A DNA stretch of 64,000 nt from an uncultured Nitrososphaeraceae archaeon (lineage in GTDB: Archaea; Thermoproteota; Nitrososphaeria; Nitrososphaerales; Nitrososphaeraceae): assembly GCA_963825865.1 (NCBI GenBank), contig CAWGVG010000026.1, forward strand, positions 96,001 to 160,000. Direction: 5' to 3'. The stretch's first letter is position 1. Each line of letters begins with the position of its first letter. The notes beneath the pieces are model-generated. The model saw only the letters and a program-made list of their open reading frames with translations. It was not told the DNA's origin and made no database searches. The position numbers were made by a program, and so were the translations under genes. Shown in pieces: positions 47,744 through 60,355 of the stretch.

Positions 47744-48148
47744 ATGGCTACTGAACAAACTCTTATTGTTATAAAGCCTGATGGCTTCAAACGTCAATTG
47801 ACTGGAAAAATACTGGATAGATTCGAGGAGAGAGGATTTCGAATTAAAGATTTAAAGTCATATAATTTTACGAAGGAAAAGGCTGAAGATTTCTATTCGG
47901 TACATAAAGAAAAAACATTTTTTAATGAATTGGTATCATTCATTTCATCTGGTACTGTAGTATTATGTATTCTTGAAGGTGAGAAAGCAATTAATACGGT
48001 ACGAATTATGATAGGGTCGACAAAGTCATTTGAAGCAGCACCAGGGACCATAAGAGGCGACTTTGGACTTGGGTTTACAGATAATATTATTCACGCCTCA
48101 GATTCATATGAAAGCTTCATAAAAGAGTCTCGAGTCATTTCTAGTTAG
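47744..48148 (+). CDS. ndk: nucleoside diphosphate kinase
   Basis: IKPDG, PGTIRGDFG, NIIHASD. Confidence 0.96.
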   Translation: MATEQTLIVIKPDGFKRQLTGKILDRFEERGFRIKDLKSYNFTKEKAEDFYSVHKEKTFFNELVSFISSGTVVLCILEGEKAINTVRIMIGSTKSFEAAPGTIRGDFGLGFTDNIIHASDSYESFIKESRVISS

Positions 48149-48154
48149 TTACAA

Positions 48155-49962
48155 GTGAAGCTCCGCCAACCAGTCGTAGTAGTTTTGGGTCATGTAGACT
48201 CTGGAAAAACTTCTTTATTGGATAGAATACGGGGCACTGCTGTCCAAGCACGTGAAGCTGGAGGAATCACACAACATATTGGAGCAAGCTTTTTTCCAAT
48301 TGAAACGATTAAGGACATTACCGGGACGCTTTATCAGAAACTTTCTAGATCTGAAACTCAAATACCTGGTTTGCTTGTTATTGATACTCCTGGTCATGAA
48401 GTCTTTGCCAATCTAAGAATACGAGGGGGCTCAGCAGCAGATATTGCAATTCTAGTTGTGGATGCAAATAAGGGGTTTGAGGCTCAGACAGTTGAAAGCA
48501 TAGAGATTCTAAGGAAAAGAAAGGTACCATTTGTTATTGCGCTAAACAAAGTAGACATGATTAGCGGCTGGCGAAAAAAAATCAATAACAACAATAACAA
48601 CATGCGTTTTATTAGTGCTCAACTTGCGACACAAGATATCAGTATCCAGGAAATACTGGACGAAAAAATCTACAATGTGGTGGGTTCTCTTTCAAGATCA
48701 GGTTATAATTCTGAAGCATATTGGCGCGTCAAAGATTTTACCAAAGAAGTAGCAATTGTGCCTGTGAGTGCTGCTACAGGAGTGGGAATTCCTGAATTGC
48801 TCGCGGTACTTGTTGGGCTGGCACAGCAATATTTGATAAAGAAATTAGAGACGGCATAATGGGTTTACAAGAGGAATTGTACTTGAAATCAACGAAGAAG
48901 TAGGTCTAGGGCCATCTGCCAACATTATACTTTTGGATGGAGTCTTAAAACACGGCGACAACATAGTAGTAGCAAAAAGAGACTCTGCCATTGTTACCAA
49001 AATTAAGGCATTGTTACTTCCAAAGCCCCTTGATGAGATGAGAGATCCAAGAGACAAATTCAAGCCAGTGAGTGAAGTAATAGCGAGCAGCAGGTCTAAA
49101 GATAACATCACCTGACTTGACTGGCGTTCTGGCAGGCAGCCCTTTATATGTGGTAGAAAATAAAGAAGATGAAGATAGGTTAAAACCACTAGTAGAGTCT
49201 GAAATTAAGAGTGCAATTATAAATAATACCGATTCAAATGGAGTTATTCTAAGGTGTGATACTATAGGCTCAATTGAAGCAATCATGGACCTTTTGAAAA
49301 AATCAAATATTCCAGTACAGAGTGCAGATATTGGGCAGATTACAAGGAGAGATGTAATAGCAGCTTCTGCAGTCAAGGAAAAGGACAGATATTTGGGAGT
49401 CATATTAGGTTTTAATGCAAAGGTTTTGGATGATGCACAGAAAGAATCACAAGAACGTGGAGTAATGATTTTCAATGAGCAAATAATTTATAATCTTGTC
49501 CGAACTTACACAGATTGGGTCACATATCAGAGGGAACATGAAGAATCAATTCTATTCAATGAAATACCTCCTGTCTGTAAATTTCAGTTTATGAAAGGGT
49601 TTATCTTCAGACGTAATGATCCTGCAGTATTTGGAGCAGAAATTCTAGTTGGAAAACTTCGACAAAAAGTTCTCGTTATGAACGAAGAGGGTAGAAAGAT
49701 TGGTGTTATACACCAAGTTCAGGAAAATGGTAAAGCAATACAAGAAGCCAGTAAAGGAATGCAAGTTGCAGTATCTATCAAAGAGCCCGTTGTCGGAAGA
49801 CAAATCAGCGAAGGGGATATTTTCTATACTGATGTGAACAGTAAACAGGCAAAAATGTTATTAGAAAGATTCAATCATCGGTTAAACGAAGAGGAAAAAG
49901 AAGTTTTCAACAAAATCCTTTTTCTGAAAAGAAAATCCGATTCCGCATACGGATATTTTTAA
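48155..49962 (+). CDS. infB: translation initiation factor aIF5B/IF-2 (two frameshifts)
   Basis: GHVDSGKT, GGITQHIGA, DTPGHE, NKVD, FRRNDPAVFG. Confidence 0.95.
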
Positions 49963-50037
49963 TATTAGCTATACTTCGATACATTATTTTTATTCTTAAA
50001 TAATAATAATCTACATTTGCAATGGTATTTATGTTTA

Positions 50038-50403
50038 TTATTGGTACTTTTGTACTAGTCCTTCTAGACCTTTCTCTCCAACTGCTCCGACAGCTCTATC
50101 AATAGCCTTGCCATTCATGAAGATAATAAAGGTCGGAATGGCATACACATCAAACCTCATTGCCACTCCTTGATTATCGTCCACATTGATTCTACCAAAT
50201 GTTATTTTATCACCGTATTTTTTGGCCAACTTATCAAAGATTGGGAGCATAAACTGACATGGCCCACACCATGTTGCCCAAAAGTCAACTAAAACAGGCC
50301 TGTTTCCGCCTACCGTTTCGTCGAAGTTTTTGTCAGAAAGCTCTATTAATGCTGAGTTGCTGCTACTGACATGTGTGCTAGAAGCTTTTATATCATCACT
50401 CAT
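50038..50403 (-). CDS. thioredoxin
   Basis: LVDFWATWCGPC. Confidence 0.92.
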   Translation of the reverse strand: MSDDIKASSTHVSSSNSALIELSDKNFDETVGGNRPVLVDFWATWCGPCQFMLPIFDKLAKKYGDKITFGRINVDDNQGVAMRFDVYAIPTFIIFMNGKAIDRAVGAVGEKGLEGLVQKYQ

Positions 50404-50571
50404 GTTTCCTAAGGGTTAAAGGATGGATTTGCTATTTAAGATTTTTTAATTTCTCTTTCTAAATGGTATAGTCATAGAAAATATGTGTATGCGGGAAGAC
50501 AGATCTGATTACTATAATGTATATAGATTATTTACTGCAATACGTGGTAAATTAATTATTAATTAATTGAT

Positions 50572-51036
50572 TTAAAGGTCTAACAAAAATCTAGTAATGA
50601 CTTTATTTCTTTCTTGTATGATTTCCATTTCGTGATAAGTTACTGCTTTAATCTCTACTTTGTAATGGTGTTTTTTGAGATTGAGATACTCTCCCTTAGC
50701 AATTCCTGAAAGAAAATAACTATTGTCGTTGTTATTATTATTCTGATATATTTTGACTTTGAAAACTGAAATTAGGATATTCTCAACCAAAAGCGTTAGC
50801 AGAACTTTCTCTAACCAATCGTAAAGTAGACTTTTAAGGTCGTATCCCTTTGCTTGTATATTGATTTCTTGATTAGGCGAAACTCGCTCTATGTCAAACA
50901 TTGTGTTAACAAGGCCACAAGCTGAATTTTCAAAAGCCTCATCTAATGTGCAACCATATGCCTCTATAACAGCATCTGTCAGATGATCAAGGTATCGGAA
51001 TCGTCGATGAACTGATGACATATTTGTATGATTCAA
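50572..51036 (-). CDS. archease
   Basis: YLDHLTD..IEAYG, IKAVTYH, LDL C-terminus. Confidence 0.93.
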   Translation of the reverse strand: MNHTNMSSVHRRFRYLDHLTDAVIEAYGCTLDEAFENSACGLVNTMFDIERVSPNQEINIQAKGYDLKSLLYDWLEKVLLTLLVENILISVFKVKIYQNNNNNDNSYFLSGIAKGEYLNLKKHHYKVEIKAVTYHEMEIIQERNKVITRFLLDL

Positions 51037-51108
51037 AACTAACTAATTCAGTTTATTATATAATTGATCGTAAAATCTAAATGTCAACATCTACTGATTT
51101 CAAATGAA

Positions 51109-52416
51109 ATGATGAAATTAGAACTTCCTCGTGGAATGAGAGACCTTGCACCAGAAGAGTTCTATAACATTAATTATATTGAAGAAAAATTCCTTGAAAC
51201 GACATCCTTGTTTAACTTCAAATTTATGGAGCCGTCACCACTTGAGACTGCTCTGCTACTCTGGAGACAAAGAGTGGTGCATCTATTTCAAATGAAATAT
51301 ATAGTTTTATCGATAGGGGCTCCAGGAGCGTTGCATTAAGATTTGATCTTACAATTGGTTTAACAAGATTTGTAGGCAGCAAGAAGGGATTTGAAGATGC
51401 CAGTCAAAGTTGGAGCGTTCGCTGGTGTTTGGAGATATGACGAACCGCAGGCTGGACGATATCGATATTTTCATCAATGGGACGTAGAAGTTTATGGTTC
51501 ATTTAGTCAAGAGTCTGATGCTGAGGTAATTGAATTTATTTCGGTATTTTTCAAAAAGCTTGGGCTAGATGTAATCATTGAAATAAACGACAGACAACTA
51601 ATGGAAGAATATGTAAGGAACAGACTTGGTGTTTCAGATGAGCAAATGATCCTAGAAATGTTCAGAGCGGTCGACAAGGTCCAAAAAAAAGGTGCAAAAG
51701 GAGTTTATGAGGAATATAAGGATAAAATTGGGTCTTCAAAGCTACAAGCTCTAATAGATATATCGATGGTTAAGGGGAATATCGATGAAGTATTTAATTC
51801 AAAAAGAGATCTAATAGAGCTTGCAAATTGGAGTAAACTTGCAGGATTAATGGATTCATTAAAATCAAGAGGAGTCTATAATGCTCGAGTTAACCTTGGC
51901 ATTGTACGTGGACTGGACTATTATTCTGGAGTCGTGTTTGAGGCATTTGATCCCTCTTTACTTGATTCAGGTGCTCTGGTAGGTGGTGGCAGATACGATA
52001 GGTTAACTGATGCTTTTGGAAGAAAAGATATTGGCGCAACAGGTGCTGCTGGAGGAGTTGAAAGGATAGTGGGAGCCTTGCAAACCCATGGAATTTTAAA
52101 ATCAACGCCAAAGCCTATAATTTACGTTGCATATACATCGACTAATGCAAGTAAGGAGGCTATAGTAATAGCCTCTAATTTACGCAAGAGCGGAGTTATT
52201 ACTGACTATGACCTTCAAGGTAGGTCACTGGGAAAGCAACTACAAGATGCAAGCACAAAGGGTGCGCTATTAACAGTGATAGTGGCACCAGATGAAATTA
52301 AAAACGGACAGGTAACGCTTCGGTCAATGAAGGATGGTATTGAAAGTAAACAGAATGTAGAGGATCTAGCACGAGATCTGAACAGGATGATACCACCGCT
52401 GCTGCGACGTGATTAG
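51109..52416 (+). CDS. hisS: histidine--tRNA ligase (frameshifts in 5' part)
   Basis: LPRGMRD, WRYDEPQAGRYRYFHQ, RGLDYYSG, GGGRYD. Confidence 0.95.
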
Positions 52417-53167
52417 ATAGAGAACCTGTTACCATAACACGAGCACTTTTCGTTTTTATAATCGCATTTCATCTTTTTTTATCATAAACATAAATTTCTA
52501 ATTACAACTTCTGGAGGGTGCGAAGCTCCCAAATCAACGATACTCATTTTTGCCTTCAATTTGAAACGGATTGCACTCCATAGATATGTTTGAGAGTGCG
52601 AACTGGCGCTCGATGAAGACCTGTTATATATATATCAAATCCACCTTTTGAACTAAAGAAGAAGAGTTGATTGAATTCATTTCTTTATTTTATCTAAATG
52701 CTGCATATAGTCATTATCAAAGGAAATCTTGTAGGTCATCTTACTCTATATTGAGATCATATTATTTCATTTATGAATCATGCATCATGGTTAAATCTCT
52801 ATAAATGATACAGTTTGAAACAATTTCTAAAAAAAAGAGCATTTTCTAACTCAAAAAGATATAAGGTTACATATATGATTTGTAAATATTATGAATTACT
52901 ATAAGTAAAAAATACAAAGAACAGATTGTGATAAATTCATTGCAGAAGATGGGGCTTCCTCAAATAGAGGAATTGAAGCATATTTTGTATTAGATGGAAG
53001 AAATGTGCGGTAGCGTTTTGTCAATATAATTAGAAGATGTTTATCACAAATTTGCTATGGGAGCTGCAATAACCTATTATTGCTTATGACGTCGTCAATT
53101 ATATTCAATCTTATTTATTAATTGGTTTGACAGAAAGACATAAACTCTGCAATGCATCTGTATTTAC

Positions 53168-53402
53168 TATCCGATTGGCCGAAAGAGAAGAACGATCCAC
53201 CAATTTGCGCAAGGCTGCAAGTTTAGGCTTGTAGTCTCTTCAGAAATGGTGTTTATCGTGATATGCCGTAGGTTAACTACAGCTTCACCTGTAGGGAGTA
53301 CATGCATATATAAAGCGATAAGGGAAAACCACATGGCTGCCTCGTAGCCTATTGAAGTAGCTGTGCAAGGGAAGCCACATGTCTTCGAGAGCTGGTCGGA
53401 TA
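53168..53402 (+). ncRNA. candidate structured ncRNA, copy 2
   Basis: Terminal helix TATCCGATTGGC/GCTGGTCGGATA, same helix order and motifs as 32044-32285, CATAAA ~25 nt upstream. Confidence 0.7.
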
Positions 53403-53601
53403 TTATGATTAATACTGTTCTTAAACTGAATAGGAAATAAAGGCTGACGATATATTCGAATTACTCCAGGAAAGAGACATTATCCAAAAAAAACCTTAAG
53501 TTATGTACGCATTTAATTACAAAAGTACCCGAAAATTGAGGTGCCCATTGCTATTGTAATTCACATAGACTATACGATTAATATTGCGATCTCGTGAAAA
53601 C

Positions 53602-53779
53602 ATGGGACATGGTATTGATGTGCTAGAAGTCGCGACTGGTCTCAAAGTCGCATTAATAAATAGTGGACTTACTATCGAATCCCATACTTAATTTTGGACC
53701 TGTAGAAATTGCCTCGATAGTTGGAATAGATGTCTATGTAGCAAAAATTATCTCTTATGTAAAGTTTAAATTGGCATAA
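53602..53779 (+). CDS. small helix-hairpin-helix-like protein (frameshift)
   Basis: MGHGIDVLEVATGLKVALINSGLTIES-ILNFGPVEIASIVGIDVYVAKII. Confidence 0.5.
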
Positions 53780-54018
53780 AAAATTCACGAGGCAGTACAT
53801 CATACCACCATTACACCAGAAATACAGATTAACTATTATCATGAAGAATGCAAATTAAATGCAAATCTGTCTTTTTGCAAATAAGACGACTTTACACTCA
53901 AGTTTTTTGTTGATAAACAAGGCTTTCTTTTGCTGTAAGCCTTTGAATGATACAATCTAACAGCAACCTTTTGGAGGTGTTATTTAGCTTACTTATACTT
54001 TTTCTCTTATTTTTCAGT

Positions 54019-54810
54019 TTAAATCTTCATCCTTACCATTGATCTTGTTGCAATTAAAAATACTGCGGCGGCAAGAAAACTTATAATAAGTACCTCAATA
54101 TTAGTAAATGCATTTATCTGTGAAAATATTCCAGCCCTGCTGATGTCCACTATATATGTCAATGGATTAATATAAAATGCAACATATAAGGGCCCTGGTA
54201 GTCCTTGTGCAGGATAAAAAGATGAGCTAACAAAAGCAAAAAATAGGAAAAGACCGTTACTAATAACATTGTACCCTTCACTACTTTTGATCTTCGTTGA
54301 TAAAATTATTGTAAAAGAACCAAAGAATATTGAGCCTACTACTAGTGCGTATACAGTGTAAGGTATGCTCCACAAGGTAATGTTCACATTTCCGAACATA
54401 GTTGGGAAACCAATTATAATAATGACTGCCGCGCTGGCCAATCCGATTAGGATGATTGTTATAAGATTGCCAATAATATACTGAACCTTACTAAATGGCA
54501 TAACAAGTAACTGTTGAAACATGCCATTTCTCTTGTCATTCCAAATAATACTACCAGCTACACTACTGCCATTCATCACATTAAACCCAATCATACCAGC
54601 AGTTAAAAATGAAGTATATGTAACGGATAAAGCACCCATCTTAATATCTTGGTTTCCCATCATTGCAGAATAAGCGTACCCGGCTACAAATATGTAAACG
54701 ACAGGAAAAGCTACCTGCCAAATCAAGAATACCCTGTCAATCGCAGCAACAATGTTTCTGTATACTAATAATAGTATACTGTCTATCAACTTTAGCCAAT
54801 CATTCACCAT
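54019..54810 (-). CDS. ABC-2 type transporter permease
   Basis: SSSFYP...YINPLTY; six TM helices. Confidence 0.9.
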   Translation of the reverse strand: MVNDWLKLIDSILLLVYRNIVAAIDRVFLIWQVAFPVVYIFVAGYAYSAMMGNQDIKMGALSVTYTSFLTAGMIGFNVMNGSSVAGSIIWNDKRNGMFQQLLVMPFSKVQYIIGNLITIILIGLASAAVIIIIGFPTMFGNVNITLWSIPYTVYALVVGSIFFGSFTIILSTKIKSSEGYNVISNGLFLFFAFVSSSFYPAQGLPGPLYVAFYINPLTYIVDISRAGIFSQINAFTNIEVLIISFLAAAVFLIATRSMVRMKI

Positions 54811-54819
54811 GTTTCTTGC

Positions 54820-55866
54820 TTAAATATTATTAACTATTGACAAGAAAACTTCTTCTAGTGATGGTGGATTGATAACAATACTTTCTATTTGTAGGCCATT
54901 TTTGTAAACAAGCTGTAATATATCGGAGATGATTTGCTCTGTTTTATTAACTGTAATCGTAACTGTATGGGTTCCATTAACATCAATATACGACTTACTA
55001 TTATTTTTATTATCCTCGACATTACCATCTCTTTTGCTGATTGTACTATTAAGCAGATCAATAATGGATTTATTTAGCATATCTTTGAAGGTAAGTTCAA
55101 TAGTCTTAGCTCGTCTTCCAAATTTCTGCTTTAGCCCTGCTGGCGTATCGAAGGCTATTATTTTCCCTTTGTCTATAATAGCAATTTCGTCACATAGATA
55201 TTCTGCCTCTTCCATAATATGTGTAGTAAAGAAAACTGTTAAGCCGGATTTAACATGGACTTTGATATAATCTAAAAGCAGTCGTCTAGCCGAAGGATCT
55301 AATCCAACCGTTGGTTCGTCAAGAAATAGAAGATCCATATCATGCATGAACTCCCGTGCAACTTGAACTCTTCTTCTTTGACCTATAGAGAGTTCATCAT
55401 TTTTGGCGTTTCTGATAGATCCTATCTCGAAGGTATCTAGGATTTCATTTACTTTTTCTTTTCTAATTTTCCTATCACGTAGTCCCCATAACCTGCCGTA
55501 TAGATCAAGTGCTCTTTCTACTGTCAAATTTGCTTCAAAACTAGGATTCTGAGATACGACTCCTATTCTTTTTTTAATGTCTGATTGATTTTTGACAAGA
55601 TCTTTCCCGAATACGTGTACACTTCCAGATGACAGATTAAGAAGGGTTGTAAGAATTTTTAGTGTTGTAGTCTTTCCAGCACCATTTGGGCCAAGAAATC
55701 CAAGGACTGTTCCATACCTAACATTAAACGTGATACTATTCACAGCATAAGCATTATTCTTGCCATATTGTTTTTTAAGATTAGAAACTGAAATGCAATA
55801 TTCATTTTCGTGAATGGACACTATATTTGACTTCCACATTATTTGTTGTCTTAAATTTGTTTCCAA
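54820..55866 (-). CDS. ABC transporter ATP-binding protein (DrrA-like)
   Basis: GPNGAGKTT, LSIGQRRR, LFLDEPT. Confidence 0.93.
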   Translation of the reverse strand: METNLRQQIMWKSNIVSIHENEYCISVSNLKKQYGKNNAYAVNSITFNVRYGTVLGFLGPNGAGKTTTLKILTTLLNLSSGSVHVFGKDLVKNQSDIKKRIGVVSQNPSFEANLTVERALDLYGRLWGLRDRKIRKEKVNEILDTFEIGSIRNAKNDELSIGQRRRVQVAREFMHDMDLLFLDEPTVGLDPSARRLLLDYIKVHVKSGLTVFFTTHIMEEAEYLCDEIAIIDKGKIIAFDTPAGLKQKFGRRAKTIELTFKDMLNKSIIDLLNSTISKRDGNVEDNKNNSKSYIDVNGTHTVTITVNKTEQIISDILQLVYKNGLQIESIVINPPSLEEVFLSIVNNI

Positions 55867-56628
55867 TCATGTAGCCTTCGCTAGGATTATAGTCCGACAC
55901 TGTTCATGCCATCTGCTCTACTTAATTCGTCTATACTATGGCTACTGTAGCTCCCTATTTAATATACTATTCGTAGTAAGGGTCAGGAGCGAGAGAAACT
56001 GTATTATTTTTAGTTGAATTAGTCATGGCTGGATATTTTCTATTTAGTTATAAGTGTGTAATACTATGATGCTTTTTTGTTTGAATCCCATTGTTATAGT
56101 GGTGGTCTTCTTTTGCTGCCAGCTTTTGAAAAGCTCTCCAGTTTTTGTATATCACATATTCTTTGTTGTCCAGAATATAATTTTCTGTATACTCTCCTAG
56201 TATAGCGAGTCTCTCTGGATTGTCATTAAGGAAAGAATTGAATCCTTTTATTTTTGTTCAGTTGGCTCATCATCTTTTGAAAGATATATTGGTATAATTC
56301 TTCTTTTTAAAAGCTGGATAATCTAGGTGACTTACTTAAAAGAGTAGCATTTCCTGAACTGAGAACTTTGGAAATGTGCCTGTAACATTAAAACATCAAT
56401 TACTATTTTGGTTAATTGTTGAATTGACGCATTTTGGGCGATGAAGGGAGAATCCCTAACTGATATTGTAAGCTTTGTTTTTTTCTATAATTATAATAAA
56501 AAATTGCATAAGCTAAAAAATATTGTCTTATTAGTTGTCAATAGTATTCGTTCTGAGTTGATGAGTTACATCCAGTGGTAATTATCATTTTTTATTAGCC
56601 ATAATTAGTATTTGCTATTAGTGCAATT

Positions 56629-58473
56629 ATGAAAAAGAACTCTGATATCTCAAAGACTCTAGGGCAAATCGCATTTCTATTGGAAATGGATTATGATAAT
56701 GATGCTGCTAACAGCAGACGGTCCTAGTAATAATAAAATCAAAAAACCTCAGCCCAGCCGTAGTGGCACGACTATTAATTTTAAGGCAAGATCATATAGA
56801 AAAGCATCCGATATCATAGCAAATTTATCTTCAAACATTGAAGAACTATACAGAAAAGAAGGTTTAGATGGATTATTACAGATACCAGCTGTTGGAAAGG
56901 CTATTGCGAGAAAAAATTGAGGAATATCTCAGGTACAGGAAAGATACAGTATTTTGAGGAATTAAAGTCTAAAACACCCATAAATTTAGATGAATTTTAC
57001 ACTTTGGAAGGAGTAGGTATAGGGGCCAAAACCGTTAAAGCTCTCTATGATAATCTGCGGATACACAATTTATCTGAGCTAGTAAGTGGCAGCGACAGAG
57101 GGAAGAATTCGAAAAGTTCCAGGTTTTTCACAAAAGAAAGAAGAAGTCATTTTGAGAAAAATTCAGTTCTTCAAAAAAGGGACAACTAGATTTCTTTTGG
57201 GTGAAATCTATCCTCTTGTAAAGCAAATAGAAGCTAATCTATCGAATTTCAAAGGAACAAAAAAAAGCTATAGTGCAGGCTCTTTTAGAAGAATGAAGGA
57301 AACTATAGGCGATATTGACTATTTGGTAATATCTGAAGCTCCTAGGAAGGTAATGGATTACTTTGTATCTATGCCAGAGGTAGCTGAGGTTATTGGCAAA
57401 GGACAAAGTAAAACGTTTGTAAGGCTAAACAATGGGATGGATGCAGATCTCTTGGTTGTACCCGAAGAGAGTTTTGGTTCGGCATTACAATATTTTACCG
57501 GTAGCAAAGAGCACGGAATCGCTATAAGAAAAGTAGCGCTCTCAAAAGATCTTCATCTTAGTGAGTGGGGTGTTTTTGATAAGAATCATAATAGAGTTGC
57601 AGGTTCGACAGAGGAAGAGATTTACAAAGTATTGGGTTTAGCTTGGATTCCCAGAAATGCGTGAAAATACAGGAGAAGTTGAACTAGCAAAAAAAGGAAG
57701 AAAAAAGCTCCCTGAACTCATAGGATACGACGATCTGAAAGGAGATTTGCAGGTTCATAGCAACAGCACAGATGGGACAATGTCAATAGAAGATATGGCT
57801 TTTGCAGCAAAAGAAAAGTTTGGATTAGAATACATTGCAATAACGGATCACACAAAAAGCTTGAAATTAACAAATGGGCTTGATGAAAAACAGCTGCCTA
57901 GACCAAGCACAAAGAATTGCAGAGATAAACGATAAAATGAAAAGACAACAACAAGAACGAGAACAATCTAATAACTTCCGGATTTTATCCGCTCCTGAAG
58001 TAAACATAATGAAGGATGGGTCACTTGACATACCAAATAATGTGCTAGATAAGCTCGATATAATAGGTGCAGCGATTCATTCAAATTTTGCACAACCAAT
58101 AGAACTGCAGACAGACAGATTGATAAAAGCAGCACAAAATCCTAGTGTTGATGTTATATTCCATCCTACAGGCAGACTAATAAATAAAAGAGAAGGATAT
58201 CAGGTTAACATGGAAAAATTAATCAATGCAGCAATGGATACAGGTACCATTCTAGAAATTGATGCACATTATAATCGACTCGATTTAAAAGATGATTATG
58301 CAAGAATGGCAGTACAAAAGGACGTCAAACTTGTAATTGATTCAGATGCTCATCATCCAATTCATTTCGAATTTTTAAGATTTGGTATAGCACAAGCCAG
58401 GCGTGGTTGGGCAACGCAATCAAATGTCCTCAATACGCTGCCGGTTTATGAGTTGCTAAGGAACCTCAAATAG
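56629..58473 (+). CDS. polX: DNA polymerase X with C-terminal PHP domain (multiple frameshifts)
   Basis: AGSFRRMKETIGDIDYL, LQYFTGSKEH, GDLQVHS, ITDHT, IDSDAHH. Confidence 0.92.
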
Positions 58474-58497
58474 CATAGCACTCAGCCTTACTTTATT

Positions 58498-58701
58498 TTA
58501 TAAATATAAAATAAGGTAAAACGAAGAGCTAATACCACCTGATACCAATATTATTATCCCTACTGTTACCAATGTATTTTTATTGACCTCCAAATAGAGG
58601 GTATTGCAACTTGATTTCAGACACGATATTTTTATTATACTTTTGTAGGTTCCGTTGTTGTTGTTGAAAAGTGATATTAATGATAATAATGCTGTATCCA
58701 C
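58498..58701 (-). CDS. small hypothetical membrane protein
   Basis: 67-aa ORF with C-terminal TM. Confidence 0.3.
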   Translation of the reverse strand: MDTALLSLISLFNNNNGTYKSIIKISCLKSSCNTLYLEVNKNTLVTVGIIILVSGGISSSFYLILYL

Positions 58702-59232
58702 TTAGTTCTTTAACAAAGATTATTATCATACAAAAACAAATGAATTAAATAATAATTTAGTGTCTAATTGTAATCTGTCACAATAAAATAAATTACTACC
58801 TAATAAAATGTCAAATCATTAATCTCATTATATATTGAGTTTTTAAAAACCATGCGTGAAACAGCTTTTGCCATATAGTCAAACAATAGGTGTGTTTAGT
58901 ATATCTCCTTTCAAAGCAAGCAACCAAGATTGTCTAAGTTTAGAGTCTCCGGTTTAATGGAATATCTTGTATAGGCTTCATAGCTAAGCATCATTATCCA
59001 ATCCCAACAGACCATTATTATATTTTTTATCATCAAATATCATTTCAACAACATGAGAATCTGCAGCTCATAACACGCTCCAAAATCATTCGTATCGCAT
59101 AGTACTGCAGTAACAAGGGAAGAATTAGTTGAAATTGATATCTATCGTTTTTTAATTATTCTTTATATAACTGATTTCGATTGTTGTACCAATTCATTTA
59201 AATCGGTACATATCCAATGATTTTTAGTAGAT

Positions 59233-59640
59233 ATGCAATCAAGTAGGGCTTCACTAAAAGATGTACTAGTCAGTAAGCCCAAATTGTTTGCTGTTGTATC
59301 ATTAATAGTAATATCTGTGTTGGCAGTCCCAGTTATTTTACCACACATTAAACATCCATCTATGATCTATCATATTCTGATGCATATTGTAAGTGTCATA
59401 ATAGCCGTTTTTCTTGGTGTAATATCATTTCTTGCATATAATAGAAATGGTGGCACAAGACTGATATTAATGACTGGCGGTTTCTCTTTGTTAGCCATTA
59501 TTGAGTTTCTATATCTTTTTCACGCAACTGCAAATATTCAAGATGTAATAATTCCAATAGTTGATGTAGAATTATCTCATATTATACTTTTAGTAATGTT
59601 AACCTTGTTTGGCATAGGAGTATTAAAAGTGAATAAATAA
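59233..59640 (+). CDS. 4-TM membrane protein with His residues
   Basis: 135-aa hydrophobic ORF, 2 nt upstream of wHTH gene. Confidence 0.75.
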   Translation: MQSSRASLKDVLVSKPKLFAVVSLIVISVLAVPVILPHIKHPSMIYHILMHIVSVIIAVFLGVISFLAYNRNGGTRLILMTGGFSLLAIIEFLYLFHATANIQDVIIPIVDVELSHIILLVMLTLFGIGVLKVNK

Positions 59641-59642
59641 AG

Positions 59643-60195
59643 ATGAAAATAGCAGCAACTGTAGCCTCAAATTATGAAGAATTGAATGATAACCAAAGCA
59701 AATTGGTGCAATATATAAATGAGAATCCTGGCATAAGATACAGAGAGTTATTAAGATTAACGTGCCTTGCTAACGGTGTTCTAACATATCATTTATCCGT
59801 ACTTGAGAAATCACATCAAATAAAAGTTGACAGAAGTAAGAACAGCAAAATTACGCGATATTATCCTATCAATGTTCCATCAGAAGAGTCAGAAATTTTG
59901 GGATATATTAGGGAAAATGTCGTAAGACAAATAATATTATTTATGCTTGAACATGATTTATGCACCTTTGGTGAAATTGTAGAACATACAAAGAAAGCAC
60001 CTTCCACTACATCTTGGTATCTCAAAAGACTTAAAGCTGGCAGCAATAATATCAGTTCATTATGGTCACGGTAAATATCAACAACTCTATAAATTGACAA
60101 ACAGAGATATAGTTGCAGAGATTCTATACAAATATAAGGAGAGCTTTGTAGATAAAGTGGTAAACAACTATACTGAAATGGTAGAAGAGCTTTAA
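59643..60195 (+). CDS. double winged-HTH transcriptional regulator (frameshift)
   Basis: YINENPGIRYRELLRLT.LANGVLTYHL; KKAPSTTSWYLKRL. Confidence 0.85.
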
Positions 60196-60355
60196 TCAAT
60201 CAATCAATAATTTGATGTAATTATGAATATTTTCTGGGTCTGATAATCTATAAATTTTGTATCTTTATTAGCAAGGGACACGAAATTCTTAGTCTCATTG
60301 AATTCCTTTAGCACTTACTCTGGATATTTTGGCTGTTCTTTAGTATTTGGATAAC

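Noticed and set aside
48155-52416. Frameshifts in infB, hisS and many other genes as programmed frameshifting or mass pseudogenisation
   Set aside because: They hit essential genes and fall at scattered positions, often in short homopolymers; best explained as long-read consensus indels
56060-56460. Open minus-strand frame without start (DYPAFKKRRIIPIYLSK...)
   Set aside because: Probably a gene fragment, but no motif recognised to support a call
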